This document shows positions 1 through 11,644 of a stretch of DNA of 64,000 nt, piece by piece; positions within the stretch are counted from its first letter, which is position 1, and every line of letters begins with the position of its first letter. Below the pieces are notes generated by a model. The model ran no database searches, was not told the DNA's origin, and worked only from the letters and a program-made list of their open reading frames with translations. The DNA comes from Octopus bimaculoides. Taxonomy: Eukaryota. The position numbers and the translations under genes are program-made. The stretch is from contig NC_068999.1 of assembly GCF_001194135.2 (NCBI RefSeq), positions 2,738,540 to 2,802,539 on the forward strand, given 5' to 3'.

Positions 1-224
1 AACTGTTAAAAGTTCTCTTTTGTTGCTTTTTTTTTATTTTGTTTTTATTCCTCACCAGAGAACACCAAAACATAAACCATATTTTACTCCTGATTGGACC
101 ATCCAGCCTGTCCCTCCACTACCTTCCATAATATCAGCTAGAATGCACCCCATTGGCAATCAACCTTATTCTAAGATCCCATATGCAAACCGACCAACTA
201 ACAGAAAGCATTGTCATGCAAGTA

Positions 225-845
225 TCATCATCATCGTTTAACGTCCTCTTTCCATGCTGGCATGGGTTGGACGGTTTGAATGAGGACTGGAAAGCCAAGA
301 GGCTGCACCAGACTCCAATCTGATCTGGCAAAGTTTCTACAGCTGGATGCCCTTCCTAATGCCAACCACTCCGAGAGTGTAGTGGGTTCTTTTTACGTGT
401 CACCGGCACAAGGGCCAGTCAGGTAGTACTGGCATCGACCAAGCATGAATGGTGCATTTTATGTGCCACCGGCATGGGAGCCAGTTAGGCAGCACTGGCA
501 ACGACCACGCTTGAATGGTGCTTTTTACGTGCCAAAGGTATGGGAACCAGTCCAGTGGGACTGGCATTGACCACACTTGAAACATGCTTTTTATGTGCCA
601 CGACAATGATTTCACTTGACTCAACAACAGTTTATTGCCCAATGATTGAAGGGTACTCTTAAATGGGCCGGTTATGTTGTACTGGCATAGGCCATGGTTA
701 CAGTCTCACTTGGCTTGCCAGGTCTTCTCAAGCACGGCATATTTCCAAAGGTCTCGGTCGCTTGTCATTGCCTCGGTGAGGCCTAATGTTTGAAGATCGT
801 GCTTCACCACTTCATCCCAGGTCTTCCTGGGTCTACCTCTTCCAG
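225..845 (-). mobile_element. RTE-clade LINE 3' end
   Basis: Minus-strand C-terminus GRGRPRKTWDEVVKHDLQTLGLTEAMTSDRDLWKYAVLEK (~843-710), a 3' UTR with ~65-bp tandem units (~398-600) and a (GAT)n tail. Confidence 0.85.
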
Positions 846-1241
846 AGCATCTCAAAACAAATACAGTAACAAAAAGGTTAAATATAGGAAGGCAGTAAAG
901 GTGGCTGGTTCATTAGTGACCATTTGCTGAGAGGATTACAATATGTGGTGGAGTAGGGCACTCATTGATCACCCACGAAAGTCAACCAAACAGTAAAGTG
1001 TCACATTGAATGATTAGTGCAGCGGTATCAGGCAGAGAAGATGCACTGGACAGAGGACACTACAGAAGTATCAAGGTGATGGACCACGTTACAAAAGTTA
1101 CTAAATGAATCACATGCATTCACAGCTGATCAGTACAACTGATTGCAGTTTTGCTGGAGGAAGGCAGACCTGGGGTTAAACAGCAACAACATCCACCACC
1201 AACTCCATCCTAATCAAAACGAGATGAAAATTTTTCTTTAC

Positions 1242-1354
1242 CTCCTTTTTTTTGGTAGTCCCGGCTGATATAAACATGTTGCGAATGTTCTGTTTCGGTT
1301 TCCTGTCTGGGTGGTGGATGTTGGGGTTCTTCTTTTTCTTGGAATTTCCTTTGC
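1242..1354 (-). CDS. POLA1: POLA1 exon 5 (KGNSKKKKNPNIHHPDRKPKQNIRNMFISAGTTKKKE); gene continues beyond the window start
   Basis: aaag| acceptor and gag|gtaaag donor; phase-consistent; NIRNMF resembles the conserved NIKSMF motif. Confidence 0.88.
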
Positions 1355-1738
1355 CTTTTATTAAAGAGAAACCAGAATGGAAACGGTTCAGAATTAACAT
1401 TGCAAGATTGTGAAAGTGTGTGAACGAGTGGTATATGTGTGTATAGATGAGTGTATGCATGTTTGTGTATGAGTGTGTGAATGTAAGTGGTGACAGTGCC
1501 TCCATTAACCCTTTCGTTACCAACCCTGCTGAAACCGGTTCTGGCTATGAGTACCTGAAACAACACGGTTGGAAAGCAAACTTCTTAACCACACAGCCAT
1601 TCTAGAAAGGAAACCACACACATACACACTCTCTCTCATAATAGCTTATATTCAGAACCAATAACATTTACTTCATTAAATAACGACTGTGTCAATAGAT
1701 TTGATTGGAAGAAAAAAAATAAATAAAAGGAAACGTAC

Positions 1739-1819
1739 TTTTGGAATCTTGAAGGAATTTATCATCATTGAGATCATCGTCAAATATTTCACGACCATCT
1801 TCAACATAACCAATTCCAG
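1739..1819 (-). CDS. POLA1: POLA1 exon 4 (GIGYVEDGREIFDDDLNDDKFLQDSK)
   Basis: tttcag| acceptor and |gtacgt donor; GIGYVEDGREIFDDD is the hallmark pol alpha N-terminal motif. Confidence 0.96.
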
Positions 1820-1924
1820 CTGAAACAAATTTAGAAAGAATTAAAATGAATAAAAATTCCTTTAAATGTAGGAGAGAGAATAACGAAAAAGGAAAAATAA
1901 TTTCAAATAATCAAAGTGACGTAC

Positions 1925-2021
1925 TGTCATCGATGATCCAGTCTTCTTCCTGTCGTTGCCGGACTATTTCAGAGTAGTCATCTTCATCAACAACATCGTA
2001 GATGGCTTTATCTTCAGAGAG
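1925..2021 (-). CDS. POLA1: POLA1 exon 3 (LSEDKAIYDVVDEDDYSEIVRQRQEEDWIIDD)
   Basis: cctttag| acceptor and a|gtacgt donor; matches the conserved [25 protein letters not shown] motif. Confidence 0.95.
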
Positions 2022-2602
2022 CTAAAGGAAGAAAAGAAAACTGCATTGAAGAGGATACATAAAAGGCAACAGAATCAGGCATTTATAGACGAAGCATAAA
2101 ATTTTGTTACCAAGGAAATCAGCAAGAAATATTTGCAGTTTTTAGCATGAACTAAAGAACTTATAACAAGAGTAAAATGGAAATGTAGATCACATCAAGT
2201 GGTTGAGATAATGGACATTTTTGACTTGCAATGTCTACTTCTGAACAAAAGATTAAAAAAAAAGAAAAAGTCTTCATATACAGGACATTGTTGCTGCTGC
2301 TGCTACTACTACTTTTTAAAAATGCAGAAAACATGTTTATTTGTTTGTCTTTAGAAGATGATTGAAGGATGTACTTAATGGTTTGTTCTTCTGGCACCAA
2401 GATATTAATCTTCTTATCTCATAAAATATTTACATTTTATAAAAGTTCAAATATATTAGCTGCCAAAAGAATTAAGTCTGCAAAGGACAGTTTGCCCTTA
2501 GGCAGAAAAACATTTAAAAATCAATTTAATATAATCTACCAATTAAATATTACAAAACGTATCTAACAATACTAATTAAATACAATAAACTACTTTCATT
2601 AC

Positions 2603-2712
2603 CTCATATTTGTTTTTTTCACCAGCCTCTTTACTCTTTTTCAATTTGGCAAAGGCGGCCAGTCGACCAAACTTATCTGATTTCTCTCGTTTTGCTCTTC
2701 CAGGCTGGGTCA
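2603..2712 (-). CDS. POLA1: POLA1 exon 2 (TQPGRAKREKSDKFGRLAAFAKLKKSKEAGEKNKYE)
   Basis: ttgtag| acceptor and gag|gtaatg donor; resembles the pol alpha N-terminus (human recalled as [31 protein letters not shown]). Confidence 0.92.
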
Positions 2713-2830
2713 CTACAATTAATTCAAATGAAACATTTAAGTTACACTTTCAGGAAATAGAATAAAATGGAAATTTAATAATTTGTTTTCATTACATAAG
2801 TTAAATTTTACGAAGTTAAAGGCTTTGATC

Positions 2831-5800
2831 TATAAGAATTGGATGAGATATGATGGCTTGGCCATCTCTCCCCAGTTCTTATATTAATCATTAAAATCCA
2901 GAAATACAACACGAGGGATAACAGTAACAACAGAACTTAGTTTATTCTAGGTTGGTGTAGAGCCGTTTAGTTCCTGGGTGAATAGGCATGCCGCTAAAAC
3001 CAAGGGAAGCTTCGACCACATGTCGGGGTCGAGTTGGGACAGCCTGAAAGAACGTCCTGTCGCCACAGCTGCTGGATGGATAAGAGGGCGAACGCTATAA
3101 CTTTCTCTCCACCTGTTGCATTGCGCATGCGAGCTCGGGTACTTCCGCTGACGNNNNNNNNNNNNNNNNNNNNNNNNNNNNNNNNNNNNNNNNNNNNNNN
3201 NNNNNNNNNNNNNNNNNNNNNNNNNNNNNNNNNNNNNNNNNNNNNNNNNNNNNNNNNNNNNNNNNNNNNNNNNNNNNNNNNNNNNNNNNNNNNNNNNNNN
3301 NNNNNNNNNNNNNNNNNNNNNNNNNNNNNNNNNNNNNNNNNNNNNNNNNNNNNNNNNNNNNNNNNNNNNNNNNNNNNNNNNNNNNNNNNNNNNNNNNNNN
3401 NNNNNNNNNNNNNNNNNNNNNNNNNNNNNNNNNNNNNNNNNNNNNNNNNNNNNNNNNNNNNNNNNNNNNNNNNNNNNNNNNNNNNNNNNNNNNNNNNNNN
3501 NNNNNNNNNNNNNNNNNNNNNNNNNNNNNNNNNNNNNNNNNNNNNNNNNNNNNNNNNNNNNNNNNNNNNNNNNNNNNNNNNNNNNNNNNNNNNNNNNNNN
3601 NNNNNNNNNNNNNNNNNNNNNNNNNNNNNNNNNNNNNNNNNNNNNNNNNNNNNNNNNNNNNNNNNNNNNNNNNNNNNNNNNNNNNNNNNNNNNNNNNNNN
3701 NNNNNNNNNNNNNNNNNNNNNNNNNNNNNNNNNNNNNNNNNNNNNNNNNNNNNNNNNNNNNNNNNNNNNNNNNNNNNNNNNNNNNNNNNNNNNNNNNNNN
3801 NNNNNNNNNNNNNNNNNNNNNNNNNNNNNNNNNNNNNNNNNNNNNNNNNNNNNNNNNNNNNNNNNNNNNNNNNNNNNNNNNNNNNNNNNNNNNNNNNNNN
3901 NNNNNNNNNNNNNNNNNNNNNNNNNNNNNNNNNNNNNNNNNNNNNNNNNNNNNNNNNNNNNNNNNNNNNNNNNNNNNNNNNNNNNNNNNNNNNNNNNNNN
4001 NNNNNNNNNNNNNNNNNNNNNNNNNNNNNNNNNNNNNNNNNNNNNNNNNNNNNNNNNNNNNNNNNNNNNNNNNNNNNNNNNNNNNNNNNNNNNNNNNNNN
4101 NNNNNNAAGACAGTGTGCACATTATATGCGCGGAATCGCTGAAAAGTTGCGATAAATGGTGGAATCTGGTGATAAGCGCAAACCAGATCAATCTTGGAAA
4201 AGATTGTGGAACCATGTGCATAGGAGAGAGAGAGAAAAAAAATGTTCGTAAAACAAAAAAACAATGGTGTTTGCTTTTGTTTTTTCTTTCTTCTGTTTGT
4301 GTGAGTGTGACATATAAACACAATAATAGGCAGGCCGTCATGTAAACAAAGTGTATGTGTATACAAACATGGATGCATGTGTGTGCAAGTAATACAGAGC
4401 ATAGAAAAGAGTTTATAAGGGCGTTAGAAGAAAGTCCAGACACAATGATAGTAAATACCAGTTCGTAGTTAAGGTACACAGTAGTTGAGGTGCTGTAACA
4501 AGAAGTCGAGGCCGCGTAATAGAGTCGGAGGAGAGGCACATGTCGTGAGAGGTTGTGGCTTCAATGCTGCAGCCGGTTACTTGATACAGGAGTTCTTGCA
4601 GGTTGTATTTGCTGTTAACCATGGTGAAATAATTCACAAGCAGTGTTGAGATAGAACCTGTGCGAGTGCTGTTCGTTGCTGTGTACGTAGCAAGAAGTAG
4701 GTGTTGACCCTAAGAAGCTGGAGGTCCGTAAGCTGCTGAACGAAGTGCTGGGTCTCCATGAGGCTATTGTCGTGTCGTCGCCGGAACTGGCTGTGTGCTC
4801 TGTGGTCAGCGGCTAGACCTCAGAAGGTGTTGCTTTGTACTGTCTGTAGAAAAAAATATTGTTGACCAACCTTGCGTCGTTGCTGCAAGGAAAAAAAACA
4901 ATACAGGCCAAAAAAATTTTATGTATGTGCGTGTGTGTAGTATTTTTTTTTCTTTGTGTGTTGTCCTGTAAGACAATAGATGGAAGCAACGTTGTGTTTT
5001 TTTTGTTTTTCAAGCCATGTGGAGTCAGGCGAAAAGAGAAATCACTGTTCACTCGTTTGTTCTTTTCTCNNNNNNNNNNNNNNNNNNNNNNNNNNNNNNN
5101 NNNNNNNNNNNNNNNNNNNNNNNNNNNNNNNNNNNNNNNNNNNNNNNNNNNNNNNNNNNNNNNNNNNNNNNNNNNNNNNNNNNNNNNNNNNNNNNNNNNN
5201 NNNNNNNNNNNNNNNNNNNNNNNNNNNNNNNNNNNNNNNNNNNNNNNNNNNNNNNNNNNNNNNNNNNNNNNNNNNNNNNNNNNNNNNNNNNNNNNNNNNN
5301 NNNNNNNNNNNNNNNNNNNNNNNNNNNNNNNNNNNNNNNNNNNNNNNNNNNNNNNNNNNNNNNNNNNNNNNNNNNNNNNNNNNNNNNNNNNNNNNNNNNN
5401 NNNNNNNNNNNNNNNNNNNNNNNNNNNNNNNNNNNNNNNNNNNNNNNNNNNGTGTTCGAATCACGTCGGGGTCACCAGTTATAAGAATTGGATGAGATAT
5501 GACGGCTCGGCCGTCTCTCCCCAGTTCTTATATTAATCATTAAATCCAGAAATACAACACGAGGGATAACGGTAACAACAGAACATAGTTTATTCTAGAT
5601 TGGTGTAGAGCCGTTTAGTTCCTGGGTGAATAGGCATGCCGCTAGAATACCAAAGGAAGCTTCGACCACATGTCAGGGTCGAGTTGGGACAGCCTGTCAC
5701 GACGGCCGCTGGATGGAAAAAGAGAGAACGCTATTGCTTTCTTTCCACTTGTAGCATTGCGCATGCGTGCTCGGGTACTTCCGCTGATGGCTAGTCCCTT

Positions 5801-5835
5801 GCACATGCGCAATGGCGGCCACACGCGCCACTACA
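2831..5835 (-). mobile_element. Internally deleted Ty3/gypsy LTR retrotransposon in POLA1 intron 1 (probably CsRn1-like)
   Basis: Direct repeats at 2831-3153(gap) and 5480-5835 (356 bp, starting TGTAGT on the minus strand), a tRNA-Trp PBS at 5452-5477, and an RT remnant HGSTIFSKIDLVCAYHQIP (4216-4160) followed by TFQRF. No matching TSD seen; two N gaps inside. Confidence 0.85.
5452..5477 (-). other. Primer-binding site complementary to the tRNA-Trp 3' end including CCA
   Basis: Plus strand reads GTGTTCGAATCACGTCGGGGTCACCA, the metazoan tRNA-Trp T-arm/acceptor 3' half plus CCA, 2 nt from the LTR. Confidence 0.9.
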
Positions 5836-6323
5836 GCATAATGCATGAAAATAAAACTGAAATAGCTTTGATCAGAGGTCTGCGCAGTTAAAATATACAT
5901 GAAACTAAACTGCTAATCCAGTGTAATCGGAAATAAATGCTAAAGGAAGAACTACTTCAGCTGTTGTCAAAGACTGGGTCTGCAATCTCACCATCATGTA
6001 CTTGTAAGTATACTTACGTAAAAACTTCTCCCAGCTGGACCATCAGCAATAAATAATTAACCAAGTTTTTTCATTCAACGAAAATATTAAAAGCTTGAAA
6101 TATCACTAATGGGGGATTAGGGGAGAGAGAAAGCTATCAACCCCCTTTCCTTCCCCCCAAAAACTCGATACAACATGATTTCTGTGTGATGTGGTGATTA
6201 AGAACAGTGGGAGTTATTTGGAAGAAATAAAAACTTCCTTAATGAAAACAGCGAAATGTAAATGTCACAAGTCCAAAAAAACTTGATACTACTAAAGCAG
6301 CGCGGACCCGAACGCGCTAGCTA

Positions 6324-6437
6324 GTCTTGAGTGGTCGATCCTAACCCTAACCCTGTCCCTATCCCTATCCCTAACCCGCGTGTGCAAATGAATACGTGTT
6401 TAGGGTTAGGGTTAGGGTTAGGATCGACCACTCAGAC
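6324..6437. repeat. Inverted repeat containing telomeric CCCTAA/TTAGGG tracts
   Basis: gtcttgagtggtcgatcctaaccctaaccct ... agggttagggttaggatcgaccactcagac; ~30-bp arms differ by a 1-nt indel; an N gap follows. Confidence 0.9.
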
Positions 6438-6888
6438 NNNNNNNNNNNNNNNNNNNNNNNNNNNNNNNNNNNNNNNNNNNNNNNNNNNNNNNNNNNNNNN
6501 NNNNNNNNNNNNNNNNNNNNNNNNNNNNNNNNNNNNNNNNNNNNNNNNNNNNNNNNNNNNNNNNNNNNNNNNNNNNNNNNNNNNNNNNNNNNNNNNNNNN
6601 NNNNNNNNNNNNNNNNNNNNNNNNNNNNNNNNNNNNNNNNNNNNNNNNNNNNNNNNNNNNNNNNNNNNNNNNNNNNNNNNNNNNNNNNNNNNNNNNNNNN
6701 NNNNNNNNNNNNNNNNNNNNNNNNNNNNNNNNNNNNNNNNNNNNNNNNNNNNNNNNNNNNNNNNNNNNNNNNNNNNNNNNNNNNNNNNNNNNNNNNNNNN
6801 NNNNNNNNNNNNNNNNNNNNNNNNNNNACGTTCAGGGAGAACTTCCAGTTATTCTAGAAACATAAATAAGAGTCTTAAAGTGAGATAC

Positions 6889-6928
6889 CTTGGTCGTGAC
6901 TCCGACTTTCCTGTTTCGTTGACGCCAT
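6889..6928 (-). CDS. POLA1: POLA1 coding exon 1 (MASTKQESRSHDQ+1 nt)
   Basis: gtagccATGG start and caag|gtatct donor; phase 1 matches exon 2; an E2F site lies just upstream. Confidence 0.8.
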
Positions 6929-6942
6929 GGCTACTTGAATTA

Positions 6943-6952
6943 TGGCGCGAAA
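6943..6952 (-). promoter_or_regulatory. E2F-binding site TTTCGCGCCA just upstream of the POLA1 ATG
   Basis: Exact E2F consensus 14 nt upstream of the start codon; POLA1 is a classic E2F target. Confidence 0.7.
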
Positions 6953-9319
6953 TATAGATGGCACTGTAGTCAGCAAGCAGTTACTTCCCCATATACGGTG
7001 TACTTTACAAGACTGTATCCAGTTATAATAAGGCCATCGTTCTGTCAACTCCCGTTTGCGCTCTCTAAGCTAAACAGACAGTTATTATATAGTGGAGCTG
7101 GTTCAATTCATTGTTCCTGTCCACTACAAGAGTGTAATCTAGTTCATATATGGCCACTCATTTTTGTATAGTTTTCATTTGACATAAAGTCAATGTTTTT
7201 CAAGTAAAATAATAGTATATTACTGGTACATAGGAAGACAAAGTCGACCTCGCTGGGACATTTATTCAAAACATTTCCATTATTCGAAATATTAAAGTTA
7301 TAAAAGCGGTAAATCCACACAAAATATGTTTGACCTAAAAATATTTGCGTCGTCAAGTAAAATAACAGATTCACCCGATCTGTCTATATTTATAATTTGT
7401 TATCGTGTTATAAATCTTCCAACACACTTCTTCTCTGGCCAACAACACGTTCTTTTTCCCGACATAACCACTCAATTATAATAAATAATACTTTGTTGCA
7501 ACGACTGAACGGTCGAGATTGGAGGGGAAAAAAGAATTAAAATAAAAGAAAAGGGGGAATGAAATATAAACATGTGTATATCTATATCATACACACATGT
7601 ATTATGCTTATATAGATATATACATACATCAATGTGTGTTTTAGGGGTGGGAAGAGAGTGAAAGAAAAAGATGGGTGGAGAGAGAGAAGTAGAGGGATTA
7701 ACAATGTGAAAACAAACGAGAGAGAGAGAGAGAGAAAAAAATAAATAGATAGAAAGAGAGATGGAGTGAGAAATAAAGAGAGAGAGAGAGGGGGAGGGAG
7801 TGTGTGTGGTTTTTCTGTCGACATTCATTTAAGTGAGATGTCATTTCGAGTGATCAGTGATTGAGACGAACTTTTCACTGTCGACCAATTCTAGTCAAAG
7901 TATTCATCAATATTTACAGTAAATATTTCCCCAGAAAGGCGGTGACATCTTTGAAGTGTTGAGTCTGATGTTGCTGCGGAGTGACGTGGAAGAGAAGCTG
8001 ACTGAGTCGACAACGGATCTCTCTTACCTGGTAAACTGAACTCTACACCCACTTCTACCTTTATTGCCCTTTATTTATTTGACCTTTTTTCATTGCCATC
8101 AGCAAGAATTTCCCCAACACAAAACCCCACTGCGAGTCACCCCTAAAGGGAGATGTCTGTGTGTGTGCCTGTAATAATAATAGTAATTACAAGAACCATT
8201 TCTGCGAAACCATCTTCTTGGTATTTCTGGTGGCCAACACTTTATCTAAACAACACTTGATGACGAAGCAGTTGTTTGTTTATAGATCAATCGTCCTTAA
8301 TACATCATCAGACACCCAGATACGAAGTTACATACATAGATACGCGTGTGTATACACACACACACACACACACAGAGCTAAAATTTATGTGTTTATTTCG
8401 GGTCCTGTCTACATACATTGTTTGTAACTGTTTTATTTATTTGCTTGCTTTTTTTAAATATGCTTTTTATTGTTTTAATTGTTTTCTAAACTGACATGTT
8501 GGCTATCATAATCTTCTACCTTAGATTCTCCCTAAACACACCAGTCTCCGCATTTCTTAGATTATTCCTGGTACAACTTTCAGTTTACGTCGGACGCTCC
8601 GTTCAGAAACTCCAACAACAATCGTAATGATTATTTCCCAAACAAAAACATTATTAGCTTTTGTCTTACAAGGCAGCAACCCCCATTGAAAGAACCTAAT
8701 TGTGCAATACGATATGAATGAAGTGAACGATGCCAAAAATGTCTAGAAATAATATGAACATTCCCTTACGTATTGAGGGGGATGAAACAGGGATCTCTAC
8801 GGATGTTTATTATTAACGACGGAGACGAAGCCCAATGTCCACCAGGGCCTCTGAAACTGGAAGCAGGATGTTATCTTTAAATCAGATCGAATTATTAACG
8901 ACCATATATATATTATAGGGGAGGGTGTTTACTAGGATTAATTGATATTGCTCCAGTATGACTGCAACCACATTGTTGAAACGAATAAAAGAAAATATTA
9001 ATTGGTATTTATTTTATTGACCCTTGGTAAATGAAAAGTAAAGGGTTAATATCTAGATATTAAATGAAAAGTAAAGGGTTAATTTCCTTTAATATACGGT
9101 GCATTGCAACTGTTACACATTTTGGTTTCCATTTTCCCCACCGGGTGCGGATCTAAATATTAACCCAGCAAAGTTGATTTCAACAGAACCCAGAACGTAA
9201 AACGATTTAACAAAAATACCGCAAAGCATTTCTTTTACTGCTCCACTGATTCTTTCATGCTATAATGATAATGGCACGAGGCCAAATTTACAAAGGAAAG
9301 GCAGAATTGAATAAATAGA

Positions 9320-9930
9320 CAATAATAATAATAATAATGATTTCAAATTTTTGCCACAAGGGCAGCTTGTGTGTGTGGGGAGAGGGGGTTAAGTCGATTA
9401 CATCGACCCAGTGTGTAACTGGTACTTATTTAATCGACCTCGAAAGAATGAAAGGCAAAGTCGACCTAGGCGGAATTTGAACTCGGAACGGAACGGAAAG
9501 ACTGGCGATATGTCACTCGGTATTTCGCCCGGCGTGCTAACGGTTCTGCCAGCTCGCCGCCTTAATAATAATAATAATAAGGATTATTTCAAATGTTGGC
9601 ACAAGGCCAGCAATTTCGGGGGAAGGGACTAGTCGATTTACATCGACCCCCGATACTCAGCAGGTACTTATTTCATCGACCCCGAAAAGGATGAAAAGCA
9701 AAGTCGACTTCGGTGCCATTTGAACTCAGAACATTAATGAGTCAGACGAAATACCACAAAACACGTCCCCCCCACGCAACCATCGCTCTAACGGTTCTGT
9801 CAACTCGCCACCTTAATAAGAATTCTTCCTGCCACATGCACAAGGCCTGACAATTTGGGGGTACAGGCTAGTCGATTATATCGACCCCAATACTTGACTG
9901 GTACTTTATCGACCTCGAAAGGGAGAAAGG
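9320..9930 (-). mobile_element. Three tandem copies of a tRNA-derived SINE (core gtcgactttgcctttcatcctttcggggtcgat)
   Basis: The same ~230-bp element repeated and separated by (AAT)n tracts; many other copies in the window. Confidence 0.85.
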
Positions 9931-9931
9931 A

Positions 9932-10600
9932 CGTAGTGGGGTGCAATAAATAATACAAGGCATTTTGTTCGACACAGTTGAATCGTTAGTGATTCTAATT
10001 TCCACTCGGTTAATCATGATGTCATTCTTACATGACACAAGCTGACATATTTGTAAGAATGGGACGTATTTAACTGAGACGATTCCTTCATACATTCGTA
10101 CCTACATGCATGTGTCATTATTCAATTTATTTCAAGATATCTTGCTTATAGAGAAAGAACCGTATCTCATCCAAGAATAACAGTATTTTAAGAATTAGAA
10201 ATTATCGACTAGATTATGCGTGGGAAATAACAGTGTACTCAAAGTAGTCGCCCTCAACTTCCACCACAGCCTCAGGACTGCTCTGGAAGCTGGCGCGTGC
10301 GTCCCTCGCTGTATCCTTGGGAACATCCTCAAACGCCTCCTTGATCTTGGTTACCAGTTCGGCCTTCGTGTTGCAGGCAGAGCGGTTGGTATCTTTCTCA
10401 ACCATGCTGCACACATCGTAAACCATAGGATTACTATCGAGGGGATTGGAAGGCCAGAAATTGGGACTGGTTAAGTTATAGAAATTCTCCGACAACCACT
10501 TCTGTCTCTTTCCTGAGGAATGGCATGGTGCCAAAACCTGGTACCACACATATGGCCTTCCAATACAAAGCCTCTCCAGCCAGCGATTGACCACAATCTC
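9932..10600 (-). mobile_element. Tc1/mariner-superfamily (maT/DD37D-like) transposon 3' remnant
   Basis: Translation APCHSSGKRQKWLSENFY...FWPSNPLDSNPMVYDVCSMVEKDTNRSACNTKAELV...EGDYFE is a decayed WPPxSPDxNPxDY catalytic C-terminus; putative terminus gtggggtgcaataaataat near 9936. Confidence 0.8.
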
Positions 10601-11273
10601 CAACAGTTCAGTGGGACTGAACCCGGAACCATTTAGTTGGGAAGCAAGCTTCTTACCACACATCATACTAGTATGTATTTTGACGATTCCTGAATGATGA
10701 AAGATAAGGTCGACCTCAGTAGAAAACACAAAAGCAATATAAATAGAAACGTTAATAATAATTACAATTGTATGTAGTTTGTAATAATTATTTCTAACAC
10801 AGGCAGCACGAGATCAGCCATTTGGAGCGAGGGAAAGAGCGCAGCCTTGTACTAACTGGTGCTTTATTTAACATCGACACAGAAGACATGAAAGGTCACA
10901 CATCTCGTAATAACTATATGTATATTTATTACAGTGGAGTGCGTTAGTTTGGATAAGTTTGTTAGTCTTGCGGAACATTATGACATTTTGGAAAGGTTGG
11001 CTCTTAGAGGGGGAGAGAGAGACAGGGAGAGACGTGCTGCTAAAAATAAAGTGTTTCTCTTAGAAAAGTCACAGTCCTCGAAACGTTTCACCTTGGTGGC
11101 ATGGCTCACCCTCAGTATTCTTGTAGAAGTTTTATCCCTCAAAGAAGCATGAATCGAAGTTTGGTGGATTGGTGAAAAACGAAATTAATAATGTATATAT
11201 AACGCTTTCACTAATTAAAAGTAATGAACAGTGTAATATTAGTTATCAAGAATATATTTGGGTTCTGACTGAT

Positions 11274-11317
<44 letters not shown>

Positions 11318-11644
11318 TTTAAATCAGAGTGAGCGAAGTCGTGTTTGTGATCTTCGCCATCCAAACTGGTGATGTCCCATTCCAGTTCTCACGTGTCGAT
11401 GTCTGTTGGAACACGAACATAATTCCTATGATGAAAAATGATTTGGAAAATATTTAGTGCATGGGCATATATATATATATATATACGACGGGCTTCTTTC
11501 AGTTNNNNNNNNNNGATCTTCGCCATCCAAACTGGTGATGTCCCATTCCAGTTCTCACGTGTCGATGTCTGTTGGAACACGAACATAATTCCTATGATGA
11601 AAAATGATTTGGAAAATATTTAGTGCATGGGCATATATATATAT

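Noticed and set aside
2947-3021. Signal-peptide-like sORF MWSKLPLVLAACLFTQELNGSTPT in the LTR
   Set aside because: The other LTR copy is frameshifted after MWSKLPLVF, so the frame is not conserved.
5452-5477. tRNA-Trp gene
   Set aside because: Encoded CCA and its position 2 nt from an LTR indicate a PBS; the 5' half is not visible.
6340-6424. Ancestral telomere-telomere fusion site
   Set aside because: The repeat orientation (CCCTAA then TTAGGG) is opposite to a fusion, and the tracts are very short with unique inverted arms.
2947-6957. Long ORFs of 140-530 aa in the supplied track (also at 22875-23336, 28068-28821, 43544-44411)
   Set aside because: They are open only because they run through N gaps or tandem repeats.
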